Below are positions 51,981 through 60,925 of a stretch of DNA of 64,000 bases, piece by piece. The translations under genes were made by a program, and so were the position numbers. Source of the stretch: Bdellovibrionota bacterium (GTDB taxonomy: Bacteria; Bdellovibrionota_C; UBA2361; CAKMMH01); contig JAXFOK010000005.1 in assembly GCA_034180415.1 (NCBI GenBank), positions 65,093 through 129,092 on the forward strand, given 5' to 3'. Numbering within the stretch: position 1 is the stretch's first letter; every line of letters starts with the position of its first letter. The notes below the pieces were generated by a model, which saw only the letters and a list, made by a program, of their open reading frames with translations, was not told the origin of the DNA and did no database searches.

Positions 51981-53804
51981 TTAGTTTTTTAACTTTTTTA
52001 TCGCTTCCTCTAATTTATTATTAGCTTCTTCTAATTTTAAAAAGCTTTCTTCAATCTGGCTTTCAAGATATGCACAATCGCTTTCAAGAGTTTTTACTTT
52101 ATCTGTATATTCTTGTGTGTAAAGTAGTAATAGTTCTTCTTTTATAGCTTTTAGCTTATCTTCTTTTTGAGTAATTTCATTTTCAATCTTTTCTACTTCT
52201 TTTCTAAGTGGCCTTAGAAGCTGATTTCTTTTTGTAAGCTCATCTGCTCTCTGTTTTCTAGCTTCTTTTTTGCTATTTTGAGAAACTTCTTTTTGAGTTT
52301 CATTTTCAATGAATTCATCTTCCCAGCCAATTTTTTCTAAGAATTCATCATAATTACCATCAAAAAACAAAATTCCATCTCTTTGAAAGATAATAAGCTT
52401 ATTTACAAGCTTTCTTAAAATGTTTTCACTATGAGTTACTATAAGAACTGCTCCATTAAACTTACTTGTTGCCTCAATTAAAGCGTCTGTTGAAGACAAA
52501 TCAAGATGGTTTGTAGGTTCATCTAAAAGTAAAATATTGCTAGGCTTTACTAAGATTTTTCCAAGAAGCACGCGGCTTTTTTCTCCACCAGATAGCACAG
52601 AAACTTGTTTTAGAGCGTCGTCTCCCTGAAACATCATAAGACCGCATATGCTTCTAACGTTTGTTCTTGGCATTAGAGGATCTACCGACCATATTTCTTC
52701 TTCAACCGTTAGCTTTGGATCTAATCTTTCAATATTTGTTTGTCCAAAATAACTAATTTTTGCAAGTGGAGGAGTTGAGATAGTACCTGTAAAAGGAGTA
52801 AGCTCTCCAAGAAGAAGTCTTAAAAGGGTAGTTTTTCCTTTACCATTTTTACCAATTATTCCAATTCTATCATTTTTCTTTAATATAAAACTTAAATCTT
52901 TAATAAGAATATTATCATTATTATAACCAAATGATAAATTAGAAGCGCTCATCGCCGTTTTCCCTTGTAGGGGTTCTTCTTTAAATTTAAAATCAAGAGT
53001 TTTTATTTTTTGAAGCTCATCTAAACGTTCAATTTTTTCAATCATTTTTATTCTTGATTGCGCAGCCTTTGCTTTTGTAGCTTTTGCACCAAGCTTATCG
53101 ACAAATCTTTGCATGTGTGCAATTTTTGATTCCTGATTTATCCTTGTTTTTTCGTAAAGCTCCTCTTGCTCTCTTATAACTTTTTCGTAATCTTCAATTT
53201 TTCCTTTAATTTTAAGGATTTTTTTTCTGTGAATACCAAGTGTGTGATTTACTATACTATTTACAAACCCTCTATCGTGGCTAATTAATAAAAGTTCATT
53301 CTTCCAATTTCTTAAGAATTTTGTAAGCCATCTAATAGATACAATATCTAGGTAGTTACTAGGTTCGTCAAGTAAAAGAAGATTGGGATTTGTAAGAAGA
53401 AGTTTTGCAAGTTCAAGCCTCACTTGAAAACCACCTGAAAGTTTATAAGGACTTAAAGATAAACTTTCATCAGTAAAACCAAGACCAGAAAGCATAGCTT
53501 TTGCTAGATATGTCTTATCAGTCCCATCTTCATCTTTGGGAATTGAGCTAAGAGCTTCATTAAGGATGGTGTCTTTTGTAAGATTTATATGCTGAGTTAA
53601 ATAACCAATTTTATAATCTTTAGGAATACGAATATTTCCTGAGTCTATACTTTCAAGTCCTGCAAGAATTTTAAATAGGGTACTTTTCCCAGAGCCATTT
53701 AATCCCACGAGACCAATTTTGTCTTTTTCATTAATAAAAAAGTTTACTTCATCAAATAAACATCTTGTGCCGAAATATTTTGAAACATTATTTAGTTCTA
53801 TCAT
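51981..53804 (-). CDS. ABC-F family ATP-binding cassette protein (tandem ABC domains plus C-terminal coiled coil)
   Basis: Two Walker A sites (GLNGSGKST; GKNGKGKTT), two signature motifs (LSGGFQVR; LSGGEKSR), Walker B LLLDEP twice, and a Lys/Glu coiled-coil tail. Confidence 0.8.
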   Translation of the reverse strand: MIELNNVSKYFGTRCLFDEVNFFINEKDKIGLVGLNGSGKSTLFKILAGLESIDSGNIRIPKDYKIGYLTQHINLTKDTILNEALSSIPKDEDGTDKTYLAKAMLSGLGFTDESLSLSPYKLSGGFQVRLELAKLLLTNPNLLLLDEPSNYLDIVSIRWLTKFLRNWKNELLLISHDRGFVNSIVNHTLGIHRKKILKIKGKIEDYEKVIREQEELYEKTRINQESKIAHMQRFVDKLGAKATKAKAAQSRIKMIEKIERLDELQKIKTLDFKFKEEPLQGKTAMSASNLSFGYNNDNILIKDLSFILKKNDRIGIIGKNGKGKTTLLRLLLGELTPFTGTISTPPLAKISYFGQTNIERLDPKLTVEEEIWSVDPLMPRTNVRSICGLMMFQGDDALKQVSVLSGGEKSRVLLGKILVKPSNILLLDEPTNHLDLSSTDALIEATSKFNGAVLIVTHSENILRKLVNKLIIFQRDGILFFDGNYDEFLEKIGWEDEFIENETQKEVSQNSKKEARKQRADELTKRNQLLRPLRKEVEKIENEITQKEDKLKAIKEELLLLYTQEYTDKVKTLESDCAYLESQIEESFLKLEEANNKLEEAIKKLKN

Positions 53805-53928
53805 AGATTAAAATCTTTAATGAGGGTTATACATATAATAATATATAATAGCAAAGCAAAGCTATAAGTATAAAGGCGTAACTTTGTAGTACACTTAAAA
53901 ATAGTATTAATAAATGTTAACTAGATTT

Positions 53929-54882
53929 TTAATATTCAACTACATCTTTAACCTCATTTAAGTACCAATTAATCATAGTATTAAGCCCTTCTTCAAGTGA
54001 TACGTGTGGATTATATCCTAAAACTTCTCTTGCTTTATTAACATTAGCATGAGTTGTAAGTTGGTCTCCAGGGCGTTTAGGTAGCATTTTTACTTTTAAC
54101 TTTCTTTTAAAAATTTTTTCTGCTACTTCTATGCAGCGTTTTGTCGTGTTTTGCTCTTCTGTTCCAATATTAAAAATCTCGCCTTCTGCTTTTTCCCATT
54201 TTTTAAGGGGAAGTATTAGCCCTTGAGTTATGTCTTCAATGTTTGAAAAACTTCTTTTATGTTCTAGACTTCCTTCAAATAGAGGAAACTCAGTATCGTT
54301 TGCTAACGCTTTAATTAGTTTCGGGCAAAGTTTATCAGGCCTTTCTCTTTTTCCAAATACTGAAAAAAGTCTACAAGAACAAGCAGGGAATTTGTTATTT
54401 CTATGTTCCGACATTACAAGGTGTTCTGCTGCAAGTTTAGTAACTCCGTAAGGTGAAACTGGTAGTGGAATCTCAGTTTCTGGGCTTGTAGCAAAAAATC
54501 CATAAACAGAAGAAGTCGCTATATTTATAAAAGCTTTTAAAGAATTAAGCTTTTTTACTTGCTCAAGTAAATTTTTAGTAGCGTAAATATTATTATTTAC
54601 ATAATTTTCAAAAGGTGTCTTTGCGTCATTTCCAGGTTGCGCAGCAAGATGATATACAACATCTACGCCATCTAATGCATTACTTAAGCTATCTTTACAT
54701 AAGTTAAGCTCATAAACCTTTATGTCTTGTTTTTCTAAAATATTTGCAGTATGTCTTTTAAATATAGGGCTATAATAATCTTCAAAGGAATCAATTCCGA
54801 CAACTTCATATCCATAATTATTTAATTTTTCTGCAAGGTTTGAGCCAACAAATCCAGCGATGCCTGTAATACAAATTTTCAT
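53929..54882 (-). CDS. NAD-dependent epimerase/dehydratase (extended SDR family, nucleotide-sugar epimerase-like)
   Basis: N-terminal Rossmann MKICITGIAGFVGSNLAEKL and the SDR-e catalytic region. Confidence 0.75.
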   Translation of the reverse strand: MKICITGIAGFVGSNLAEKLNNYGYEVVGIDSFEDYYSPIFKRHTANILEKQDIKVYELNLCKDSLSNALDGVDVVYHLAAQPGNDAKTPFENYVNNNIYATKNLLEQVKKLNSLKAFINIATSSVYGFFATSPETEIPLPVSPYGVTKLAAEHLVMSEHRNNKFPACSCRLFSVFGKRERPDKLCPKLIKALANDTEFPLFEGSLEHKRSFSNIEDITQGLILPLKKWEKAEGEIFNIGTEEQNTTKRCIEVAEKIFKRKLKVKMLPKRPGDQLTTHANVNKAREVLGYNPHVSLEEGLNTMINWYLNEVKDVVEY

Positions 54883-54962
54883 AAATATAATATCCTTAAA
54901 TATAAATATATATTTGTGTATTATATCTTAAAAAATGCAATACTTAAAGACTTTAAAAGGTG

Positions 54963-55526
54963 TTAGCATCCATAAACAACTAACCCAGTTAGTGCTGATA
55001 TTAATATAAGATAAATAGGAGACATCCTGGTTTTAAATAGCTTTTTTGATAAAAAGTTAATGGAAAGTAAAAATATTGTTATAAAGAGTGATGTCGTGTT
55101 AATACTATTTTCTTTATGAAAATTAGTTATATTTTCTAGCATCATGCTAGCGCCAACTGCCAAAATAATTCCGATCATGCAAGGCTTTAAAGCTTCTAAT
55201 AGCATGTTTACAAATTTATTTTTAATATTTTTTTTAAAAAAAGAAGCTATTAATAAAATTATAAAGAAACAAGGGGTAATAACAGCACTTGTCGAAACTA
55301 GAGCTCCTAACATTCCACCTTTGGTGCTTCCTATGTATGTAGCAAGATTTATGATAATTGGACCAGGGGTACTTTCACTTACTGCTATAATATAAGTAAG
55401 CATTTCTTCTGTAAGCCAATTATTTTTTAAAACTACATCTCTAATTAATGGAATTGCAGCATATGCTCCACCAAAAGCAAATATCCCAACCTTTAAAAAC
55501 CCTAAAAATAGTGATAAGTAAATCAT
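54963..55526 (-). CDS. chrA: chromate transporter ChrA, short form (C-terminal-type half)
   Basis: GLFAFGGGYA-type block (FLKVGIFAFGGAYAAIPLI), the ESTPGP motif and about 6 TM helices; overlaps its partner by 4 nt. Confidence 0.7.
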   Translation of the reverse strand: MIYLSLFLGFLKVGIFAFGGAYAAIPLIRDVVLKNNWLTEEMLTYIIAVSESTPGPIIINLATYIGSTKGGMLGALVSTSAVITPCFFIILLIASFFKKNIKNKFVNMLLEALKPCMIGIILAVGASMMLENITNFHKENSINTTSLFITIFLLSINFLSKKLFKTRMSPIYLILISALTGLVVYGC

Positions 55527-56113
55527 GACTTTTTACTTCCCTTGGGCTTAGAATAGTTTAAGTTAAAATTTTTTGTCAAATAAATAAGCATTGCGCATAT
55601 TGCAACAAATATAATAATAGTTATTGAAGAAATTTTTGATGAAAAAATATTAGCGTAGAGCATAAGAAGAAATGAAAATAAGAAAATAAGCTTAATTAAT
55701 GTTTTAGTACTTAAATTTTTGTACATATTTAGTCCTGCATCAAAAATCATGACACTAACTCCAATTTTTATGCCTTTAAATGCATTTGCGATAAATGATA
55801 TTTCTAAGAAATTATCAAAATACAAAGATATAAAATAGATAATTAAAAATGATGGTAAAATTAAACCAAGAGTAGCTATAAAGCTTCCGATAATACCTTT
55901 TTGTAAAAAACCAACATAAGTGGCAGTATTAACTGAAATAGGACCAGGAGTGGATTCTGCAATTACAATTATGTCTAGCATTTCATCTTTAGAAATCCAC
56001 TTTTGTTTTTGAACACAGGCGTTTTCTATAACAGAAATCATGGCGTATCCACCACCAAAGGTGAAAAGTCCGACTTTGAGAAATGTTATAAAGAGCTTTA
56101 GTAAGATAGACAT
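55523..56113 (-). CDS. chrA: chromate transporter ChrA, short form (N-terminal-type half)
   Basis: FLKVGLFTFGGGYAMISVI, IAESTPGPISVN. Confidence 0.7.
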   Translation of the reverse strand: MSILLKLFITFLKVGLFTFGGGYAMISVIENACVQKQKWISKDEMLDIIVIAESTPGPISVNTATYVGFLQKGIIGSFIATLGLILPSFLIIYFISLYFDNFLEISFIANAFKGIKIGVSVMIFDAGLNMYKNLSTKTLIKLIFLFSFLLMLYANIFSSKISSITIIIFVAICAMLIYLTKNFNLNYSKPKGSKKS

Positions 56114-56189
56114 ATTGATTATTAGATAACTTTTTTGAATAATAAGTTTCTAATAAATAAATTATTTATAATTAATATGTTAGAGAATG

Positions 56190-58037
56190 TTAGTTGCTAT
56201 ATTTTTTAAATTGTTCTTTAAATTCTTGATATTGTTCTTGTATGAATTTATATAAATCAGTATATTTTGGAACTTTTTTCCCCTCGTATTTGCAAGAAAT
56301 ATTTTGAAAACATCTAACATAGTTTTCTTTATCAGTATTTTTGCATTCATTAATTATTTCTTTTATCGTTTCAAATTCTTTTTCACTTGGAATACCTTGT
56401 CTATTAAACATTCCACTTATAGAACTAAATAACTTAAATATTTCTTTGTTATCTTTAATATGAAGTTCATTTTCTGAATACTCTATAAATTTATTTAAAA
56501 AATCTTTAGCTTTATTTAAATCTTTAGCACCTTTTTTTGCTAACATACTAGTAAATGAGCTAAAGATATTTAAATAATTATCACTGTCTATGCTTTGACA
56601 TTCTTTAATTATTCCTTTAATTTCTTCAAATTCATCACTACTTGGAATACCTTGATCAGCAAACATTCCACTTATAGAACTAAATAACTTAAATATTTCT
56701 TTGTTATCTTTAATATGAAGTTTATTTTCTGAATACTCTATAAATTTATTTAAAAAATCTTTAGCTTTATTTAAATCTTTAGCACCTTTTCCACCTAACA
56801 TGCTAGTAAATGATCTAAAAATATTTAAGTAATTATCACTATCTATGCTTTGACATTCTTTAATTATTCCTTTAATTTCTTCAAATTCATCACTACTTGG
56901 AATACCTTGAGCAGCAAACATTCCACTTATAGAGCTAAATAACTTAAATGTTTCTTTGTTGTCTTTAATATGAAGTTCATTTTCTGAATACTCTATAAAT
57001 TTATTTAAAAAATCTTTAGCTTTATTTAAATCTTTAGCACCTTTTCCACTTAACATGCTAGTAAATGAGCTAAAAATATTTAAGTAATTATCACTATCTA
57101 ATTCTTTACAAGCTAGGATTATTTCTTTTATAGTTTTAAATTCACTTTGAGTAGGGATACCTTCTCCATGATACATTCCACTTATTGATTTTAATATTTC
57201 AACTGATAACTCTTTATTCCCTAATTCTTTTTCTGAAAAATTAGATAACTTTTGTAAAAATTCATTAAATTTTGTCATATCTGGTATTTCGCAAGAGGCA
57301 CTATACATCGATGATAAATTCTCTCTATATTTAGAACTTGCATATACTGATAAATCTTCAAAATCTGTCATTAATAAATTTTGAAAAAATCTTTTCATTT
57401 TATGATACTGAGTCATATTTGAAATAGCAGTAATAACTCGTATATCATGATTTTTTTCATTATCTATAAGTTCTTTAATTCTTAATGTAAGTTCAATTTC
57501 TAGAACTCTTAAAAATTTTTTATTATTTTCATTAATTTCAAATTCATTTTCTATTAATCCATCTTTTGTATATATTGGTTTAATATCATAGACTTTATAC
57601 ATTTCACAAATTTGTGCTTTTAAATTTTGATATCCTATTTTTATTTCACCTATTGAATTTTCCATATCCTCAAAAAAGTTATCAACAAATTTTTTTGCAC
57701 ATAGAAATAATTTTTCAAGAGACTCAATTTTGTCTTCTTTAGCTTCTTTATGCTTAACTTTTGTATTACCTACATGATAATTTTTATAAAAATATAGAAT
57801 TCGGTCAGTAGGGAAGCTTTTAATTTCTCCAAATGTTGATATTTTTTCATCTTGTCTTAATCTTTCACATCTTTTTTTAATATCTTCTATTTGTTCTTCC
57901 GTTAGCCTTCTCGTTTCTTTATCTACCTCTAAACTAGATGCTACATATTTTAAATATAATTTAGGTAATATCCCCGTGCACTTTGCATCATGCTGATAAA
58001 GTTCATTACTATTACTTATTAAAATTTGCTCTGCCAT
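56190..58037 (-). CDS. hypothetical protein built from tandem about 85-aa repeats
   Basis: The 615-aa ORF has a central region with 3 nearly identical repeat units plus two diverged units (LNIFSSFTSMLSGKGAKDLNKAKDFLNKFIEYSENELHIKDNKE.FKLFSSISGMFA.QGIPSSDEFEEIKGIIKECQSIDSDNY). Confidence 0.5.
   Translation of the reverse strand: MAEQILISNSNELYQHDAKCTGILPKLYLKYVASSLEVDKETRRLTEEQIEDIKKRCERLRQDEKISTFGEIKSFPTDRILYFYKNYHVGNTKVKHKEAKEDKIESLEKLFLCAKKFVDNFFEDMENSIGEIKIGYQNLKAQICEMYKVYDIKPIYTKDGLIENEFEINENNKKFLRVLEIELTLRIKELIDNEKNHDIRVITAISNMTQYHKMKRFFQNLLMTDFEDLSVYASSKYRENLSSMYSASCEIPDMTKFNEFLQKLSNFSEKELGNKELSVEILKSISGMYHGEGIPTQSEFKTIKEIILACKELDSDNYLNIFSSFTSMLSGKGAKDLNKAKDFLNKFIEYSENELHIKDNKETFKLFSSISGMFAAQGIPSSDEFEEIKGIIKECQSIDSDNYLNIFRSFTSMLGGKGAKDLNKAKDFLNKFIEYSENKLHIKDNKEIFKLFSSISGMFADQGIPSSDEFEEIKGIIKECQSIDSDNYLNIFSSFTSMLAKKGAKDLNKAKDFLNKFIEYSENELHIKDNKEIFKLFSSISGMFNRQGIPSEKEFETIKEIINECKNTDKENYVRCFQNISCKYEGKKVPKYTDLYKFIQEQYQEFKEQFKKYSN
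56386..57150. repeat. three near-identical direct tandem repeats of about 255 bp (in-frame coding repeats), flanked by diverged copies
   Basis: The landmark ttccacttatagaRctaaataacttaaat recurs at 56411, 56667 and 56921 (periods 256 and 254 bp), with near-identical intervening sequence. Confidence 0.8.
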
Positions 58038-58277
58038 ATTCTGATTACTTTTGTATATTAATTAATTATATATTTAGGATAATTATTATGAATTTTTAAA
58101 TAATAATAAAACGCTTAGATATACTCACATAAATATTACTGTTATGCAAAAATAATTTTAGAATATTATTTCTTTTAATTTTTTACCTATGTTGGTCTTT
58201 TTTAGTGTTAATCTTTTTTAGCGATATTCTAGATAGATGTTTTTATAATATATTGAAGTTATTATAAAAGTTTTCTT

Positions 58278-58928
58278 TTATATTCTATTTGGAAAAATCC
58301 CTTCAATGTATCTTTTAGCCATAATCATAACTTTTAAATAGTAACCAGAAATTTTTGTTCGCTCATCGTGTAAATTAAAATCAGAAATAGAAATAGTTTT
58401 CGTGTTATCTAAATAGCTGTTATCTTTAAATATTTTTCCTGAAACTTTTACACTTTCTATTTTATTTGAAAATAAATTAATTCCATCTTCTATATTTAAT
58501 TTATATACACCATAAACTTCGCCTGCTTCTAAAGAAAAATCTTCTAACTTACTATTTGTACTTGCAATAAATACGTTGCAAAATTCTCTATTTATATAAT
58601 TTTCGCTTATAAATATATTTCTAAAAACGCCTAAATATTCCTTATTAAAAATTATTATATTATTTCCAAGTTCTTCTTTAAGCTCTCTAAAGCCATCTTC
58701 TATCTTTTCGTTAAATGCCAGATGCCCGCTTGCTGTGGCATCAAAAGTATTTGCGCCAACTCTATTTTTAGTCCCTCTAAGCTGAAGATAAATAACATTC
58801 TCGTCTTTATTTACAAGCCAACAAGCAAAAGTTTGGTGCCAGAGCCCAAGTTTGTGAATATTATCAATTGACGTGTGATAAGGCTTAAGTTTATTATACA
58901 TTTCATCAAAGATTTCTATTTCTTCCAT
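58278..58928 (-). CDS. Nudix hydrolase family protein
   Basis: Nudix-box-like GHLAFNEKIEDGFRELKEELG (G-x5-E-x6/7-REuxEExG). Confidence 0.45.
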   Translation of the reverse strand: MEEIEIFDEMYNKLKPYHTSIDNIHKLGLWHQTFACWLVNKDENVIYLQLRGTKNRVGANTFDATASGHLAFNEKIEDGFRELKEELGNNIIIFNKEYLGVFRNIFISENYINREFCNVFIASTNSKLEDFSLEAGEVYGVYKLNIEDGINLFSNKIESVKVSGKIFKDNSYLDNTKTISISDFNLHDERTKISGYYLKVMIMAKRYIEGIFPNRI

Positions 58929-58948
58929 TTTTATTTCATTTAAAAATT

Positions 58949-59734
58949 TTATTCATTTTTAACATCTAAATTAGATTCTAATATTGTTACATTATCTGTT
59001 TTTTCTTCCCATGATGTCTGAATTTCGCAAATTAACGCATCATCTTTTGTAATCTTATGAATATAAGTTTTTTCTTTATTTGTTTTAAATGTTTCGCAAG
59101 TTAAGGAATCACCTAAAAAGGTTTCTCTATAAAATTTAATACTAAGTTTTTTTACAGTATTATTTTGCTTAAATTCGTCAGGGGCTGTCATCTCAGCAAT
59201 ATTAATGTAACTTTTATTATTCACATGTTTATTAAAATCTAAATCTGATAAGTTAATTATATGAGTAATCTCATTATATTTTTCTGAAACGTCAAAAAAA
59301 GTAGTTTTTTTATGTTCACCTAAAGTATACTCATTTTGAATTTCAAGTAACTCTTTTAGAAACTCAGCTTTTACTGGATGTTTTGTCTCGGTGCTAATTA
59401 AAAACCACAAAGCATTTCCTTCTGCGATAGTTTTTCCTTTATAAGTTATTTCATAATCAGTATAAATTTTAAGTTTAGAAATTTCTGAAATCCAAATATT
59501 TACACCAATTTCTTCAGACCAGAAAGGAAGCTCATCTATAAATTCAATATTAAACTCTGTAACTACCCAGTACATATTTTTAGGGAACATATCATAAGCA
59601 GCCACTTTTTTTGTTGCACACAATCTTGCGAAAGCATCTTGAATATACATGATTGCAGATATTGGCCTAAGCTTATAATTATATATATCCATGTTATCAA
59701 GAATTACATTGTAAGTTTTAGAATATTTTTTCAT
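58949..59734 (-). CDS. acyl-ACP thioesterase (FatA/B-type double hotdog)
   Basis: Two hotdog halves; catalytic-region block DLDFNKHVNNKSYINIAE matches D.N.HVNN.KY. Confidence 0.55.
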   Translation of the reverse strand: MKKYSKTYNVILDNMDIYNYKLRPISAIMYIQDAFARLCATKKVAAYDMFPKNMYWVVTEFNIEFIDELPFWSEEIGVNIWISEISKLKIYTDYEITYKGKTIAEGNALWFLISTETKHPVKAEFLKELLEIQNEYTLGEHKKTTFFDVSEKYNEITHIINLSDLDFNKHVNNKSYINIAEMTAPDEFKQNNTVKKLSIKFYRETFLGDSLTCETFKTNKEKTYIHKITKDDALICEIQTSWEEKTDNVTILESNLDVKNE

Positions 59735-59809
59735 AAGTTAAAAATTTTAAGTAATTATATAGTTAAATGTTATGTAAATTATTTAGGGGGTAGAATAATG
59801 ATTGTTATT

Positions 59810-60193
59810 TTACCAAAGATGCTTTCCAGTTTCTAGTAGGCTTTCAATATCTTTATAAGCGTTTTCTAGTGCTTCTTGATGATAGACAAAGTAGCTATCG
59901 TAAACTTCTTGTGTTATGCCTTTTTTATCCCAGTATCTTAGTACATCAGAAGTTTTCATATTTTTATCATAAGCATAACGTTCAAGAAGTAGGGTGAAAA
60001 ATTTTAACTCTTTACTCATCTTAAAAACCTTTTCAGAATTTTCGATTTTTGATTTTCTTTTTGCCCAAGAAACGGCTTGATTAAAATCAGATGTAGTGTA
60101 AAAGCCAGGTCCAAAATCTAAATTTTTCCTTGAACTTGATGCTAAAGGTTCTTTAACTACTATATTACTTCCATGATATAAAATTTTTATCAT
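59810..60193 (-). CDS. DUF3990-like small protein (YHGS...DFGPGFYTT...WA motif), function unknown and possibly toxin-like
   Basis: 127-aa ORF; the N-terminal motif LYHGSN-x12-DFGPGFYTTSDFNQAVSWA resembles the DUF3990 family. Confidence 0.35.
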   Translation of the reverse strand: MIKILYHGSNIVVKEPLASSSRKNLDFGPGFYTTSDFNQAVSWAKRKSKIENSEKVFKMSKELKFFTLLLERYAYDKNMKTSDVLRYWDKKGITQEVYDSYFVYHQEALENAYKDIESLLETGKHLW

Positions 60194-60299
60194 AATAAAG
60201 GAACTTTAAAAAAAATATTATGGACAACCTTTAATATTCTAATAAAAGAGAAGAATTTTAACAATTAATCTTGTTTCTTAATCCTTTAAACATCCAATA

Positions 60300-60545
60300 G
60301 GAACTATTAAAATACCATCTTTATTTTTGTATGCGTACGTTCCAACGCCTGAAAAAAAATCATTTTAAATGATGGCTCTTTCATTTTTTCAGTATCTAAA
60401 ATTTTAGATAATTTTTGAAGTGTTTCAATGCCTTCGTTAATTCGTGTATCCCCACCAAGTTTTATTTCTATTAAACCATATTGCCCGTTTTGTAAATGAA
60501 TAATTGCATCACATTCAAGGTCGTTTCATTAAAATATTGTTAACA
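60300..60545 (-). pseudogene. possible remnant of an ATPase/DUF4143-like gene (fragment only)
   Basis: Minus-strand translation IHLQNGQYGLIEIKLGGDTRINEGIETLQKLSKILDTEKMKEPSFKMIF is flanked by stops in all frames; there is no intact ORF. Confidence 0.2.
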
Positions 60546-60689
60546 ATTCTTGGTTTATAATCCATAAATTTAAGTTTTCTTATAATAATTAAATGACTTT
60601 TTAAAGATTATTGTAACAACATGAAACATATATAAATTAATATGTTAGCTTTGATTTTAATAAACATTATAAGTTTAGGTAGATTTTTC

Positions 60690-60775
60690 ATTATAGGTTT
60701 TGACGGATTTTTAATATAAGTTTTGGCGGAATTTTGATATAGGTTTTTGCAAAATTTAATAATATATAAACTATG
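60690..60775. repeat. three tandem imperfect direct repeats of about 25 nt in a non-coding stretch
   Basis: ataGGTTTTGACGGATTTTTAATATAAG / TTTTGGCGGAATTTTGATATAG / GTTTTTGCAAAATTTAATAATATATAA; also GTGGCTAGA x2 at 60860-60885. Confidence 0.35.
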
Positions 60776-60925
60776 AGTTTATGTTATCTGACTTCGGCGA
60801 TTTTTGAGAGAAATTAATGTAAAATTTGGTAATATGTTGAAAATAATATAGATTTTCTAAAAAGCAAAGTGGCTAGAAAAAGTGGCTAGAGGCTTATGCT
60901 TTCGGGTTATATGTTCAATATGAAT

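Noticed and set aside
56386-57150. The tandem repeats as a possible CRISPR array
   Set aside because: The repeat unit is about 255 bp with no unique spacers of 30-40 bp, and it lies in frame inside a long ORF. These are coding tandem repeats and not CRISPR.
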